Shown: piece after piece, positions 1 to 11,993 of the stretch
Position numbering within the stretch: position 1 is the first letter of the stretch
Layout of the letters: each line of letters opens with the position of its first letter
DNA from: Clytia hemisphaerica
Lineage: Eukaryota
Assembly: GCF_902728285.1 (NCBI RefSeq)
Contig: NW_027103286.1
Coordinates: 3,292,497-3,356,496 of the forward strand
Reading direction: 5' to 3'
Length of the DNA: 64,000 nt
Made by a program: the position numbers and the translations under genes
Notes under the pieces: model-generated
Databases searched by the model: none
Told to the model about the DNA's origin: nothing
Seen by the model: the letters and a program-made list of their open reading frames with translations, nothing else

Positions 1-139
1 ATTTTGAAATATGAAGATCTGTTGAGTTTTTATGGGTGTTTTTTGCACTGCATTGTTTCTTTGTTGAATCAGGACAAAGACAGACAAATAGGGTAAGGGT
101 ATTTTATTTATTTACTTTGGAAAAGGATTATTCTCCCTA

Positions 140-690
140 TTATGACAACTAGTCCGTTAGTCACGAAAATGTAAAATGCACACACAAAGAAAAGATTGAC
201 CATTTAACATATATCTATGGGTAAAATGGGTAAATATAGTCACAATAGCTTAAATAAGAACAAAATACATGGTTTTTTTAGCGAGTGCCGTCTATTATAC
301 TCTCCGAACTCTGAATTTTAAATCTATTTCGTGACTAACGGACAATTGCCATGTTTACTAACAGAAAACAACTTTTAGTTAAAAAATACTTCATTTTTGG
401 TAAGTTTAGCCTCAATTTGTTTGCAATAAGGTGTTAGAAACCAACCATTTTCAAAAAGTGATCTTATGAAAATTTCATCTCAGGTAGAATGAGTTTCGTG
501 ACTAACGGACACTTTTTGATGAGCCTCTTGTGAGCTACCCACTCAACCTTTAGGGCTAAAATTTTGCACTTATTTTATGGTCATAGTACTTCTGTTTTTA
601 AGACAAAAATAAAATAAACATGCAGCTTCCCTTGCCTTTCATTGGAACTTTTCTTCTTATCAGTGTGACTAACGGACAGTCGGGTAGGCA
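140..690. repeat. Cluster of four copies of the motif GTGACTAACGGACA (at about 155 inverted, 325, 497, 666); the first two form a ~200 bp inverted pair (MITE-like)
   Basis: Direct reading: actagtccgttagtcacgaaa at 148-170 is the reverse complement of the motif, followed by three forward copies. Confidence 0.4.
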
Positions 691-2329
691 TGCATAACAA
701 TCAGAAAAAAACAAATAGGAGTTAAGCAAAGGAGATTTTGATTATTGATATGTTTTCTATAATGGTTATCAGTACTCTATCACAGATTTATGTACTGATA
801 CAATCATATTTGGATAAAAAAAGTTTCTGGCAAAGTTCTTGGTTTTTTCAAGCAATTTTGCATTTTTTTGTATTAAAGGCTTCACCCCAGCACAGAAGCG
901 TGAAAAATCAACTTTAAAGAAAGATTTTCTGGATTCTCACACTTCAACATATTTATATTCAAGAGAAAATGAAAACTTGTGTTATTTCTGAATTTGAAAT
1001 TTTGACCTAGATGTTAATTTTCTCATGGAATTCATGATATGCTTATTAAAATCAAGGTACTTCCACTAACTGCTTGACATCTTGACTTGGTGGGGGAATC
1101 TGGGGAATGTCAGGGGGACACAACAACTAGGCTGCCGAGGTATCTCTGGCTTAGTTTTTGTTTTTTATGCTTGATTTTCAATACTGTATATCATAATTTT
1201 TTTTATTGGATTTTTTAATTATTCAACATGACATTGTGATTATAGGAAAAGGTCTGATGTTGGAGATTTTATCATCATTATAGTGCAAAAATGAACTTTA
1301 TGTTGCAAGAGTCAGCATTTTTAATAGGTTGCTGGTCAACATATGTACCGTGAAATTGGGTAACTTGGATCAGTGGAGGCTAACGCAACATGCATAGTCC
1401 TCAATTGAATGACCTGGCTGGTATGGATATTAAAATGCAAAGTTAAATCTAATCAAATTCTCCTTATCATGAAAGTGATGGTATGCATAATTATGTTTAA
1501 ATATCATTATTAGATTTGAGATTACATGTCCAGCAGCCATCAGCAGTTAGTCACACTAGCGTCCCACCAAAATGTGTATCGAAGATTAATGTTGCAAAAG
1601 CGCTTTATCGTTTACTTCACTAGCAACCAAAAGAATGCGCCGCAAAACTTTTAAAGGGATTTATGAAAAAATGAATAGGCGATATTTTATGAAATTAATG
1701 TTTTTTTTTTAATATGAGAAATTACCTAAATTTTGAGCCCTAGATGAAAAAGTTTGACCCAAGCCAACCTCAAAAACAAATTTGAAGAACAACTTCCCAA
1801 GAAAAAGATCAACGAAGGAGAAGACACCCGCACCTATCCGCGTACCGACAGTATTTTCGGAAACTTTGCCAGACTTCAAGCACTGACCCATTTACATGTG
1901 CAAAGTTATTTTTACTTTAGTGCGTGCAAGGCCTAACGAATCAAAGCACTATCTCGGGAATTGAAATTTGCTGCTTTGGTTGGTGGTCAGGCATTTTATG
2001 GCTATGCAAATTTCCCTCCACTGATGCAAGTTACCCGACTTCACGGTACTATTGAGTTAGACTTGCCAACTTGAGATGTTCATTTTGATGTAGGATAAAA
2101 ATTTGGAACCTAATTTTATCAGAAATCTTAACTCGATTTTTCAATTTTCCAAAATCGAAAATTGGTTAATTTTTTTCTGAAAATAAAAAAATTGGGCATT
2201 TTTACCAGAAAATTAGTGAAATATTTTTTGGGACATAAGCAGACATAAGGGGAAATTTTTTCCAAATATATAATAGAAAACCGTAGAAAATTTTCCAAAT
2301 TATATCAGAATAATTCTCCTTTACATGAC

Positions 2330-2660
2330 ATGAACCCCCCCAGCCCGCAGGGGGGGGGGCTACAACCAAAATCTTCCTGAAAAAGGCTGGGGGCTGGATT
2401 TTTTTTTAATTTCAGGGGGTACCTATGATCTCTGGGGGTATCTAACTTTTATGCGGTAAGGTCTGGGGGCTTGGGAACTATATTTTATCTTGCTTTTATC
2501 TAACTATCATTATTCTTTTTAATTGCAAAAATATACAATTTTTTCATTTCTTGACATATACTCAAGTCACAGGGGGTACCAATCACAGGGGGTACCTACT
2601 AACGTCTGTCGTTTGGGGGTACCTAAAATTCAGGGGGTACCTATTTTCTTAGGGGGTACC
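2330..2660. repeat. Short-repeat cluster built on GGGGGTACC / CAGGGGGTACCTA motifs, about 8 copies, plus a C6/G10 palindrome at 2336-2360
   Basis: Repeated cagggggtacc strings visible at 2410, 2573, 2585, 2612, 2631, 2647. Confidence 0.4.
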
Positions 2661-2719
2661 TAAACCCCTGGTCCATGCCATGCTTTAGGCGAACATGATG
2701 GTTAATTGGGTAACTAATT

Positions 2720-2945
2720 ACATAAGAACATCAAAATTTTTGAAGCCTTTGAGTGTTCTTAACTTTTCGGGTCTTAAAAAATGTTCTCATTTTCTTCATT
2801 TTGTGACCTTTTTTACTCATTTTCCTTAAAAAATCGAGTGTTTTTGAGTCCACAAAAGTACAAAATGTTCTTCACTTGCTCTTAGCATTTTGGCCATCAA
2901 AGGCTTATGTTCTTATATAATTTGTTTTTATATAAAAAAACTTGT
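2720..2945 (+). repeat. Dispersed ~230 bp SINE/MITE-like family A (core ..aaatgttctta..ttttggccat...cttatgttcttatata..ttcttataaaaaa)
   Basis: Clear homology to 24640-24900, 25270-25330 plus 25545-25700, and inverted copy 38280-38520. Confidence 0.55.
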
Positions 2946-4617
2946 ACTCCACACTCCAGTGGATGCAAGTAAAACAAGCGGGAAATTAGATATTATCTAT
3001 AAAAAAGTTTTGTTCAAATTGCCTTGCTAACATTCTCCCGAATTAGCATGCGATAACACTGCCTGCCCAACGTCCTATAAAGTATTAGCTCTAGAATTAG
3101 GGTTCTATTTCCATAATACAGAGTAGATAATTTCCGGCCTGAATGGATGGAGTAGTTTAATATGCAGAATATGTGTCAAACTAGGACTATTACAGTAGGG
3201 AAACATTTCCAAAAATTGAAATCAGGGTAACAGAGATTCTGGGGAAACTTTTTCTCTTCATTTCAAAATGGCTTACACACTCGGATGGAAATCACTGTTG
3301 ACAACTTTGATTTGAATTTTTCAAATGCTTTGTTCATTTTCTCGCCAGAATCGCTTTAAAATCATAATTTCATGACAAATTTACAACTCGTCTTCTTTGC
3401 TCAAACTAAAATAACTCCTCTTGAACACATTATTATATATCTTAGCTGGAAAGACTCAACTTTTTGAACACTGAAAACTAGAAATTTCCATAAACGTCTG
3501 TCATTTCATTTGTGAGATGTATCCTGATGGGGAGACATGTAAAGACGATAATTTGTCAGATTGTGACCAAACAAAGGAAATTATGAAAATTATTCTAGGC
3601 AAGAATTTTCTTATTTTCACCAAATTTGCACAGCTTTTATCAGGGTGTCTACGGGCCCTTGAATACCTTGAAAATGAACCACCCAACCTTAAAAACCTTG
3701 AAAACTATCAATTTTCTGGAAAAACCTTGAAAACCTTGAAAAATCGTTAAAAACCTTAAAAAGCACTTCTTCCTATTCATCCTTTTTATCATACAATATT
3801 TTCAATAGGGCAGTGGCTGAGTCTTTTTTTTCTCTAGAATTGTGAATTGAGGTATCTCCATCCCTCTACTGGCCTTTCAATGAACTAGGTTTTTTCATTT
3901 CTTTCCTTTTTAGCAAAAATATCCTACGTCTCCATAAAATTGCCTTTTGTGATTGATGGGTTGAAGCCATTGCATAAAGGAGGCCAGACTGAAATTTCTA
4001 TAGGATTTCCTAAGGGGGTATCTCAATTTTCAAATGTATTTCCTAAGGGGGTTACCACCTAGGTGTTCTCTCAATGTATCACAAGATTTCCAGCACAACT
4101 ACATAACCAAAGACAAATGGAATTTCTAATGCACTAATTTTGCACTAATTTTTTGCCTGACCAGTTTTTCTTTTCACCCTGTACTGTATGGCTGATATGT
4201 CTAAAAGATGTAAAAGCTATTTTTATATCTATTTGCCTTGGAATATTTCTTTTTCACGATGTCTGCTAGTAGTAAGATACAAAACTATCTGTCAACTGAA
4301 TATCAAAAAACCTTGAAAAAGGCCAAAATTTTTGCCAAAAAACCTTGAAAAACCACTTAAAAATGACCAAAAAAACCTTGAAAACCTTGAAAATCCCGAA
4401 AAAAAATCCGTAGACACTCTGATTATCAACACAAAAAACTGTTGCAGACAGGACAAAAGCTTGCAGACTAAGCAGGATTGTCTTATAATAAAGGTGTTTT
4501 GCTCAACTGATCAACTGATCTTTTAATGGAAATTGTATTTGATGCAGCATTTTGCAGATCTGGCTGTAAATTGAGCAAGATTTTTGAATCGCTATATTCA
4601 ATTAATTTTTGATTCAG

Positions 4618-4696
4618 AAAAAGCTGGAGTGAAGAAAAAGCGTTCAAAAGTTGATGTCTCATCTGACCTTGGCGAGAATGAGGAGAGTGATCAAAG
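4618..4696 (+). CDS. Zinc-finger gene A, small basic/acidic exon (KAGVKKKRSKVDVSSDLGENEESDQ); upstream first exon not found
   Basis: Acceptor gattcag at 4611-4617, donor AG|GTATGT at 4697; codon phase matches the next exon. Confidence 0.4.
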
Positions 4697-4892
4697 GTAT
4701 GTCTTTAAGTCTCTTAAGTATGTTATAATCATGGATACGTGAAATAACACTTTTCATATTATACAAAAGCTCTACCTAATGTGTTGAGCAATATGACAAC
4801 ATTATGTTTTTTTTAATTATACTATAATAAATTACAAATTTAAATTCTAATGAAAGATTCCAAAATTATTTTTATTTTGTTTATTTTCTTAG

Positions 4893-5195
4893 TGTCAATA
4901 CTGGAGAGGGGGAGGAAGTTGAACTTCAAGTGGAAAAAGGATCTGATGGCAAATTCCATTGCCCCATGTGTTCAAATGTATATCGAAAAAGAAAGATACT
5001 CAAAACTCATTTGATGAAAGTTCATTCTATTAATGCGAAATTCACAAACTTTTTTCGGATATGTACTTATCCTGGATGCAACCTATCATTTTGGAAGAAA
5101 CAAGAATTTTGTGATCATCTCAGAGATGCACACAATGAGGATATTGATGAGATTGATGTTTTTACTGAAGAAATTCATGCTTCCAGTAATCAATA
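4893..5195 (+). CDS. Zinc-finger gene A exon: C2H2 pair module (HCPMCSNVYRKRKILKTHLMKVH ... CTYPGCNLSFWKKQEFCDHLRDAH)
   Basis: Acceptor ttttcttag at 4892; GTAAGT donor at 5196 overlaps the TAG that ends ORF 4930..5196; splices in frame to 5383. Confidence 0.55.
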
Positions 5196-5382
5196 GTAAG
5201 TTATTATTCCTAAAGTTAAGCTTGACATATAAAAGTTGACGAACTTTGAATTATTAAAAACTAAACTAAGAAATTAGAAGATTTGATATCAGAAATAATA
5301 TTCATTTCGTAAGGTAATGAAATAAAAAGATCATCAATAGAAAAGAGTTTTGTTAAGTACTAAATCAATATTTTCGTTTTAG

Positions 5383-6424
5383 TATAAATGGGATGCCAGT
5401 TGAAGTTGACATCGAAAAAGGAGCAGATGATCGATTTCATTGTCCAATGTGTACTTGTAGCTACACCAAACGAACCAGGCTGCGACTACATCTCAACAAA
5501 TTTCACGGGCTTTTATTAAGTGACAATCATTTTTCGCAAGCATGTAATTTTCCTGGTTGTAAGGAAAAGTTTTTCAAGAAAAACCTTATGATTGAGCACC
5601 AAAAGAATGCTCATAATATTGAATTTGATGAAAGGAACTTTCAATTCCAATCATTGGAAGAGTTTTACAATTGGAAAGAGCATGAAGAATCATCTAACTA
5701 CTTCTACTTTAAAAAATCTGACAATAAAGACAAAAATTCGTTTTTGTATTTTGTTTGCCATTACAGTAGTAGACGTGATTTACGCAAAGACCAACCCGTA
5801 TGTCCTGCCCTCATCAAAGTGGCAAAGAATGGAAGCAATTTCGATGTTTATTATATAGCCAATCACAATCATATGGTTAGCCTGGGAGACATGTCTCACC
5901 AGAGAGTCAAGTTTGCAAAGATTGACTATGATCGATGGTTAGTTCAATCTATGAATCTCCATGACACAATATACTCTGTTAAAAAGATGAAGGATAAGTG
6001 TAGCTGTGAGGAAGAAAAAATCGGAGAAGATGGTCTTTGCAGTCATATCTATATTTGTGATTGCCCAAGTGAACTCTCTATTTGTAGACATGTTGGAAAA
6101 ATCATTGTAAAGCGTTCGAAAAAACAGAAAATAGTCAACGAGGAAATAGCTCGTCAAGAAATTTTACAAGTGTCCCAACATATGATCACTTCTGAAGAAA
6201 GGGAAGAAGCAAGTACTGTTCAGAATCAAGAAGAGCTTTTAATGAAACAACAATTTGTCGCATTATTAGATCATATGAAATCGTACACTGACTGTCCAGC
6301 ATTCACCAAAGACAAAGTAGAAGCAATGATTCATAAACTAAACACTCTGAAACAAGAAATGGACGGAGAACTCTCTATTGCATATCCTTGCCCTGTTTTT
6401 TGGCCATCTTCGACGGTAGAATAA
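5383..6424 (+). CDS. Zinc-finger gene A terminal exon: second C2H2 pair, FLYWCH/WRKY-GCM1-type finger (FLYFVCHYSS...CPALIKV...ANHNH) and Cys-rich tail
   Basis: ORF 5393..6424, acceptor cgttttag at 5382 in phase with the previous exon; FLYWCH-like motif read directly; paralogous to 8112..9127. Confidence 0.6.
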
Positions 6425-7009
6425 TTTTTCTGAATTTTATGGTCATGAAATGTTAAACTATGATACTTTGAATAAAACCAGTTGGATTATGATTTTTTAT
6501 ATTATTTTTAAGATTTTAATTTTGTTAAACTAAGATATATTATAATATTTAGATAGCCTTATTATTGTGCTTTCGATAGTTTTAATGAGAGTTCTAAACG
6601 CAAGAAGTTTAACTATATGACGAATTCTTCTATTCTTTATTTTCCTTGGAATTTTTGCAATTGATTTGTTAATTTCCACGAAGGAAGTATATTGAATTTT
6701 TCCAGGGCGTATTTTATTAAATTGTTGAGAGAATGGTCTGAACATTGCCTTTGCATTGTAAGAAAATTTTCAAAGAATATTTAGCTTTTAAGATTTATTC
6801 GGAAATACTAAACCCAATTACAGTTTCAAGTTTCTTAAAATCCAAAGTTTGACTTATTTTGGTTGTATGAAGTTTGATTGTTCTTACCTGTATTGCACCA
6901 TCATCTCTGAGAGAATTTAATCAAATAAAATCTACATCAACCACTGAGTAAGGTTTTTGTCGGTTGGAATTTTTTCCAGCAAAAATTATACATTTTGTTT
7001 TTGATTCAG

Positions 7010-7103
7010 AGGAGGAAATTGCTGAAGAAGAACAAGATATCATTGTTATCATGGAAATAGAAAATGAAGAATTACAAACCAAAGAAAATGCTGAATCAGC
7101 AAA
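7010..7103 (+). CDS. Zinc-finger gene B, acidic exon (EEIAEEEQDIIVIMEIENEELQTKENAESA); phase 2 to 2, compatible with the exon at 8112
   Basis: Acceptor ttgattcag at 7009, donor AA|GTAAGA at 7104; paralogous in position to 4618..4696. Confidence 0.4.
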
Positions 7104-7236
7104 GTAAGAACTTATCATTTCATTTTTAGAAATAAAGAAATGCATGTATATTGTACGATGGCTCTGAAAGCGGTTTTATTCTCTTTTTCAAAATTTCTCC
7201 GTTCCTTTTAATGAAAAGGAGAAGTGAAATATGAAA

Positions 7237-7340
7237 GGTGAACTTTTTTCTCCTTTTAACACAAAAGGTGAACTTTTTTCTCCTTTTAACACAAAAAGGT
7301 GAACTTTTTTCTCCTTTTAACACAAAAGGTGAATTTTTTT
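7237..7340. repeat. Tandem ~30 bp repeat (aaaaggtgaacttttttctccttttaacac), 4 copies, in the intron of zinc-finger gene B
   Basis: Direct reading. Confidence 0.8.
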
Positions 7341-7736
7341 CACTTCACCTTTTGACAAAATGGAAATAGGAATTCTAAGGGAATGCACACGTGTGTGGAC
7401 AATCATTCGTGTTAAATATGTACAGTACTAGCTAATAGCCAGGCCATGACTTGATGATAACCTTTATTAGATTTCCCAGAAACAAAACGAGGGGGGAAAA
7501 ATGAAGTAAAGCCGAATGATAGAAGTGAATCTCCTATGTAGAATTTGAAGCAAATTGTTTTCTACATAAGTTGCGCGGCCCGCATGGTTTTTGTATACAA
7601 ACGCCAGATTAAAGATGGTCCGAAGACAACGGGAAATATTAAACTTTTCCTCATCAACTCACGATTAAGGTTCAGGTTAAAATCATGAAATTCAAGGTTA
7701 AAATGCATGACGACTAGTCTAAAAATCCAAATCCAG

Positions 7737-7935
7737 GCGATAAAAAAATTCACCTTTTGACAAAAGGTGAAAAAAATTCTCCTTTTGACAAAAGGTGAAA
7801 ATAATTCTCCTTTTGACAAAAGGTGAAAAAAGTTCTCCTTTTGACAAAAGGTGAAAATAATTCTCCTTTTGACAAAAGGTGAAAAAAGTTCTCCTTTTGA
7901 CAAAAGGTGAAAGAAATTCTCCTTTTGAAATTCAC
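7737..7935. repeat. Tandem ~33 bp repeat (ttctccttttgacaaaaggtgaaaaaaa, with palindromic core caccttttgacaaaaggtga), 6 copies, related to the 7237 array
   Basis: Direct reading; creates the spurious minus-strand ORFs 7562..7954 and 7750..8058. Confidence 0.8.
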
Positions 7936-8111
7936 TTCTCCTTTTGTTAAACAATAGAACCTATTGTTTGTTTTAAAAGGAAAAGAGAATTTGAAATGGA
8001 GAGGAAATTCTCCCTCAGAGCCATCGTAATATTGTCCCGATTTTCTTTCTTTTATCATCCTAGCTTAATAATGTTGCACAATCTCTCTAAGCTAATAAAT
8101 TTTCTCTTTAG

Positions 8112-9127
8112 TACGGAAAATGGAGAGAGTACGATCAATGTGGAGCAAGGAGTTGACAACAAGTACCATTGTTCACAATGCCCCAAAATGTATACAAGAA
8201 ACCATAGGCTGAAACTTCATGTTCAGCAAGCACATGGGTTGCCAAGCACCAAAGATCGTCACAAACAAGCTTGCGATGAACCTGGTTGTCAACATACATT
8301 TTATAAGAGGAAGGATCTGGTTCAACATCAAAAGATTGCTCATAAAATTGAGTTTGATGAAAGAAACTTTCAATTTGATACCATGGAAGATTTTTATCAT
8401 TGGAAAGAACAGGAGGAAATTTCGAATCATGTTTATTTTACTAAACAAGGTAGCAAAAAGAAGGGAACAACCACCTACCTTTTCTGTCAATTTGATGGCC
8501 ATATTCACTCGCACAAAAAGAAAGGAGAGCCTCACCGAAAGACTGATCGCAGACAGACTTACGGCGTACTAAAAACAGGGTTGATATGTCCAGCTAGAAT
8601 AATAGTTACAGAGAAAGCCACTACTGTCGAGGTTGAATATATTGCAACACACAATCATGACGTGAAGCTTGAAGATACGAAACATCAGTCCCTTAAAATC
8701 GGCAAAAATGTGAGCAATGAATGGTTTGTGCATTCTTTGAACTTGCCAGGAGTTTCTTATACAGTCAAAAAGATTGTCGACGATTGTCTTTGCGAAGAAG
8801 AAAGAACGGAGAACGACCTGTAGCCATTTGTACACATGCAACTGCTCATGCCCGCTCCCTATTTGCAAACATGTGTTCAAAGTTAATTTCTCTTATAAAA
8901 GACCTAAAAGGAAGTCGAAAAAGCAATCGCAAATTGTCGAGGACAACTTTCAAGAAGAAGAAGATCTTATAGATTACGATACAAAAGAGCAATATTTGAA
9001 TATGTTGGAACATTTCAAGAAATACGCGGAGAATCCCTCTTTTACGGATGAAATGATGGAACTGCTAACTCAAGAATTGAATGAAATAAGACTTAAAACT
9101 GAAGCGCTGCTTTCTACTTCCACCTAA
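8112..9127 (+). pseudogene. Zinc-finger gene B module exon (C2H2 pair + FLYWCH-type finger + Cys-rich tail); the reading frame breaks at about 8818-8822 (probable 2-bp deletion, ctgt[gc]agcc); possibly a pseudogene, a truncated protein or a sequence error
   Basis: ORF 7996..8823 (frame 1) continues as ORF 8774..9127 (frame 2); by alignment to gene A (EDGLCSHIYICDC vs ENDL*/TTCSHLYTCNC) the shift sits at CTGTAGCC. Confidence 0.5.
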
Positions 9128-9608
9128 AATTTCTTTGTCAAAATATTTTGTTGACCAGTGTTGACATAAAATTAGTTATTTTTCCATTTTGCTTTGTATA
9201 TTTCGCATTTTACTATTTTTGTTTCTCGATATCCTATAATAGTAATTGGATCATGTTTGTTTTTGTCTATTCAAGTTAGCTGGTTTGACCATCATCTTGT
9301 GGTTGGGAAAACCTGAGAGGTCAGCTTCTGCATCGAAAACCTGGGAAGTTTGTTAGTTTTTGAAATACTCTTTCAAAAGAGGGATTAAGGAATTTATAAT
9401 AACACAATAGCTCTTGATAAGGAGGTTTGTTTTCAAAGTAACGTCTTGTCGGCAGCTTTTCATCATGTGTTTATTGAAATTGAGTACTGATTAAAGATTT
9501 CAGTTTACTTTAGCTTCACAAACATCAGGTTGTCACTTCTATGCAGGCCTTTACTAACCAGTCAATAGAATTTTAAATAAAAAAAATGATTGTTTTATTT
9601 ATTAACAG

Positions 9609-9662
9609 AGCGGAAACGATCAAAGAGTCGTGAAAAGAAACTTGACAAATTTGGAAGAGATG
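9609..9662 (+). CDS. SNRNP27: SNRNP27-like (U4/U6.U5 tri-snRNP 27 kDa) internal exon, RS-like (RKRSKSREKKLDKFGRD); the ATG exon upstream was not located
   Basis: Acceptor ttaacag at 9608, donor G|GTAAGA at 9663; phase-consistent with the next exon. Confidence 0.5.
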
Positions 9663-10121
9663 GTAAGAAAATTATCCCTGCTCTACTTTGCTTATTTTCA
9701 GGTCAACTGAACACACTGAATTAAACATTTCGAAATCTTTGAGTATGAGAGCTAAGCTAAATTGGTATGCTTCTTAGTGGGTTAAAGATGGAAGCCAGTA
9801 TCAAGTGTCGTTAATGATGGTGGAAAGTTAATCCCCAAGTAGACTTAGAATTATTCTTTTAAAAAGCAGTAAATTTTAGTCTTTTTACCATCACGAATCA
9901 GAACCAAGCTAATGATGACACTTGATGCTGTAAAAGGGAACATTTTACTTTATTTGCTCAACCAAACGTGGGATTATTTGGCAAACTTAATTATGGAATT
10001 GTTGTCATTATTATTAGCTGCTTAATTTGAATGGAATTTGAATGGACTTAAGAACAGACTTAGGAACAGTGAAAAATGCTTTTTGTCACTCGTAGTCTGA
10101 GCTTTTTTTCTTGATTTATAG

Positions 10122-10314
10122 TGAGCAGTCGACCATCGGATCGTTACGGAGGCAGTGCAAGTGGAGGAAGCACTCGTTACGAACCCACTTCTTCATCGAC
10201 TTCCATATCTTCCTCATCGAGACGAAGGGAGGAATCGAGTCGTGAACATCGAGAATATCGAAGAGAGGACGAAAAACGTCCTTCTGATCGATACAGTAAT
10301 AATTATAATCAACA
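10122..10314 (+). CDS. SNRNP27: SNRNP27-like exon, RS/RD/RE-rich (SSRPSDRYGGSASGG...RRREESSREHREYRREDEKRPSDRY)
   Basis: Acceptor tttatag at 10121, donor CA|GTAAGT at 10315; ORF 10121..10318. Confidence 0.6.
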
Positions 10315-10491
10315 GTAAGTGATTGTATGTTTGTGTTCTTTCTTAAAGTCTGTGAATCTCTGTTACTTCAGTCTTTTTTCTGTAGATTTATCTTTTCGTT
10401 CATGCTACTATTTTGCTGTCCTAGTTCTAGCTCTTTCATTTAAAAATGGTGGAAAGCTTAGCGAGTAACTATACAACAATTTTACTTTCAG

Positions 10492-10727
10492 ACCGCCACC
10501 CCCTCCTCCGCCAACACAAGATTATTACAGCGGCGGCGGCGCTGGAGGTGGTGGATATCCGCCACAAAACACTAACAGTTCTCGTGGCGGAGGGAATAAC
10601 CAATCATACAATAATTCACGTGGTGGAGGGTACAATGAATACGGTGGAGGTTACCAAGACAACCATGGAGGAGGCGCAGGCGCACAAAATGCATATTACC
10701 AAGAACAACAGCCTGAAGAAAGCCAAG
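10492..10727 (+). CDS. SNRNP27: SNRNP27-like exon, polyPro then Gly/Tyr/Asn-rich low complexity (PPPPPPPTQDYYSGGGAGGGGYPPQ...)
   Basis: Acceptor tttactttcag, donor AAG|GTATTA; phase 2 in, phase 1 out. Confidence 0.55.
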
Positions 10728-11276
10728 GTATTAATATTCTTGTTTAATTACAGTGATTATATTCTTCTGATATTTCACCTTAATCTATCTCTGGGTACCG
10801 GTTGTTATACTTCGCCTTTAGAATACGATCCTTATTTTACCATTAGTTAGATTTTTGAACGCATTTTTTGTCTAATAGAAGTTCCTCCTGTGTTTGAAAT
10901 TTTGACAAATCTCAGTTAGTACTACTTAATAAAACTTGACTTCAAATTCTCGTGACGACAATTCACAGTCAGATTGAAGTTTATACCTACTGATCATATA
11001 ATAGTCAAGCTGTGTAAAGGATAAACCATCTAGAGTGATTTATACCAATACGCTGTAGAAAAATGCCAGATAACAAACATTTTATCGAACAAGAAAAAAT
11101 TAGTGTTCTGCTTTTTAAAAAACGATTTTGAATTCCGAGGACTTTGAACACTTGATTTAAATATGCACATTACGAGACTCTTACGTAAATGAAGCTCTGT
11201 ATATTCCTCGACCACTCAACATATTATGTTGCTATGAAATTTTTTGGAAACTCTAATCTCCAAATTTTCTTTTCAG

Positions 11277-11347
11277 AAGAAGAAGTTGACGAAGAGACGC
11301 GTAAGATGCAACAATTGATGGGCATCGGTGGATTCGAAACGACCAAG
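11277..11347 (+). CDS. SNRNP27: SNRNP27-like exon (EEEVDEETRKMQQLMGIGGFETTK), the conserved MMKLMGF..F.STK block of the C-terminal domain
   Basis: Acceptor ttttcttttcag, donor AAG|GTACCT; matches the human SNRNP27 C-terminal region from memory. Confidence 0.7.
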
Positions 11348-11625
11348 GTACCTTTTTTCCTTCGTTCCCAACAAGATTGGTGACCTTCTTTTTCGTCTTA
11401 TGGAAAGGGTAACTCTGAGTGGATTGATATTATTTGTAAATGATGTTATTGATAGCAAGCGCGGGAAAAATTAGCCGGCTTACAGCCGTTATTGGGTGTA
11501 TAGAGAAACATTAACGAGCTCCATCACTGAGCTCACGGGGCTGTTTTCAATTTTATCCTGCTCCCAAATTATTCCTTGTGTATACGATAGGATCGTCTTC
11601 ATCTTAACAATTTTCTTTTGTTTAG

Positions 11626-11687
11626 AACAAGAAAGTATCAGACAATGTTGGTGGATACGCGAAAATCAATAGAACACAAAAATATAG
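11626..11687 (+). CDS. SNRNP27: SNRNP27-like exon (NKKVSDNVGGYAKINRTQKY)
   Basis: Acceptor tttgtttag, donor AG|GTGAGT. Confidence 0.65.
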
Positions 11688-11938
11688 GTGAGTTTTCATT
11701 CATGTGGTTTGCATGAATGAAATCAACAGCCTAAATTCAAAATTAACTGGTTTTATATAAACTAATTTCAGAAGCTGTTCTAATCGACAAATTTCTTTTG
11801 TAAAAAGGGGAGGTTTGTAAAATCGTGCGAACTTTTTAGTCAAAGCACTTGCTATACATAGGGAGAGGTTAGAATGGCGTAGTATTAGTAACTAACCGTC
11901 CGATCGATTGCATCATCTAAATTTCTTTTTTGTTTCAG

Positions 11939-11993
11939 ACAATACATGAATCGGAGGGGAGGCTTCAATCGACCCTTGGATTGGGTTCAATAA
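11939..11993 (+). CDS. SNRNP27: SNRNP27-like terminal exon (RQYMNRRGGFNRPLDWVQ*), diagnostic C-terminal motif RQYMNRKGGFNRPLD
   Basis: Acceptor ttttttgtttcag at 11938; stop TAA 11991-11993. Confidence 0.75.

Noticed and set aside
7562-8058. ORFs 7562..7954 and 7750..8058 (-) as genes
   Set aside because: They are translations of the 33-bp tandem repeat (the same peptide KGELFSPFVKRR recurs). They are repeat artefacts.
8173-8880. ORFs 8173..8535 (-), 8219..8572 (+), 8569..8880 (-), 8721..8972 (+)
   Set aside because: They are alternative-frame or antisense ORFs overlapping the zinc-finger module exon. They have no motifs and no splice context.
10446-10850. ORF 10446..10850 as a separate gene
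   Set aside because: It is an off-frame reading across the SNRNP27 low-complexity exon and its intron. The spliced frame, which ends in RQYMNRRGGFNRPLD, explains the region.
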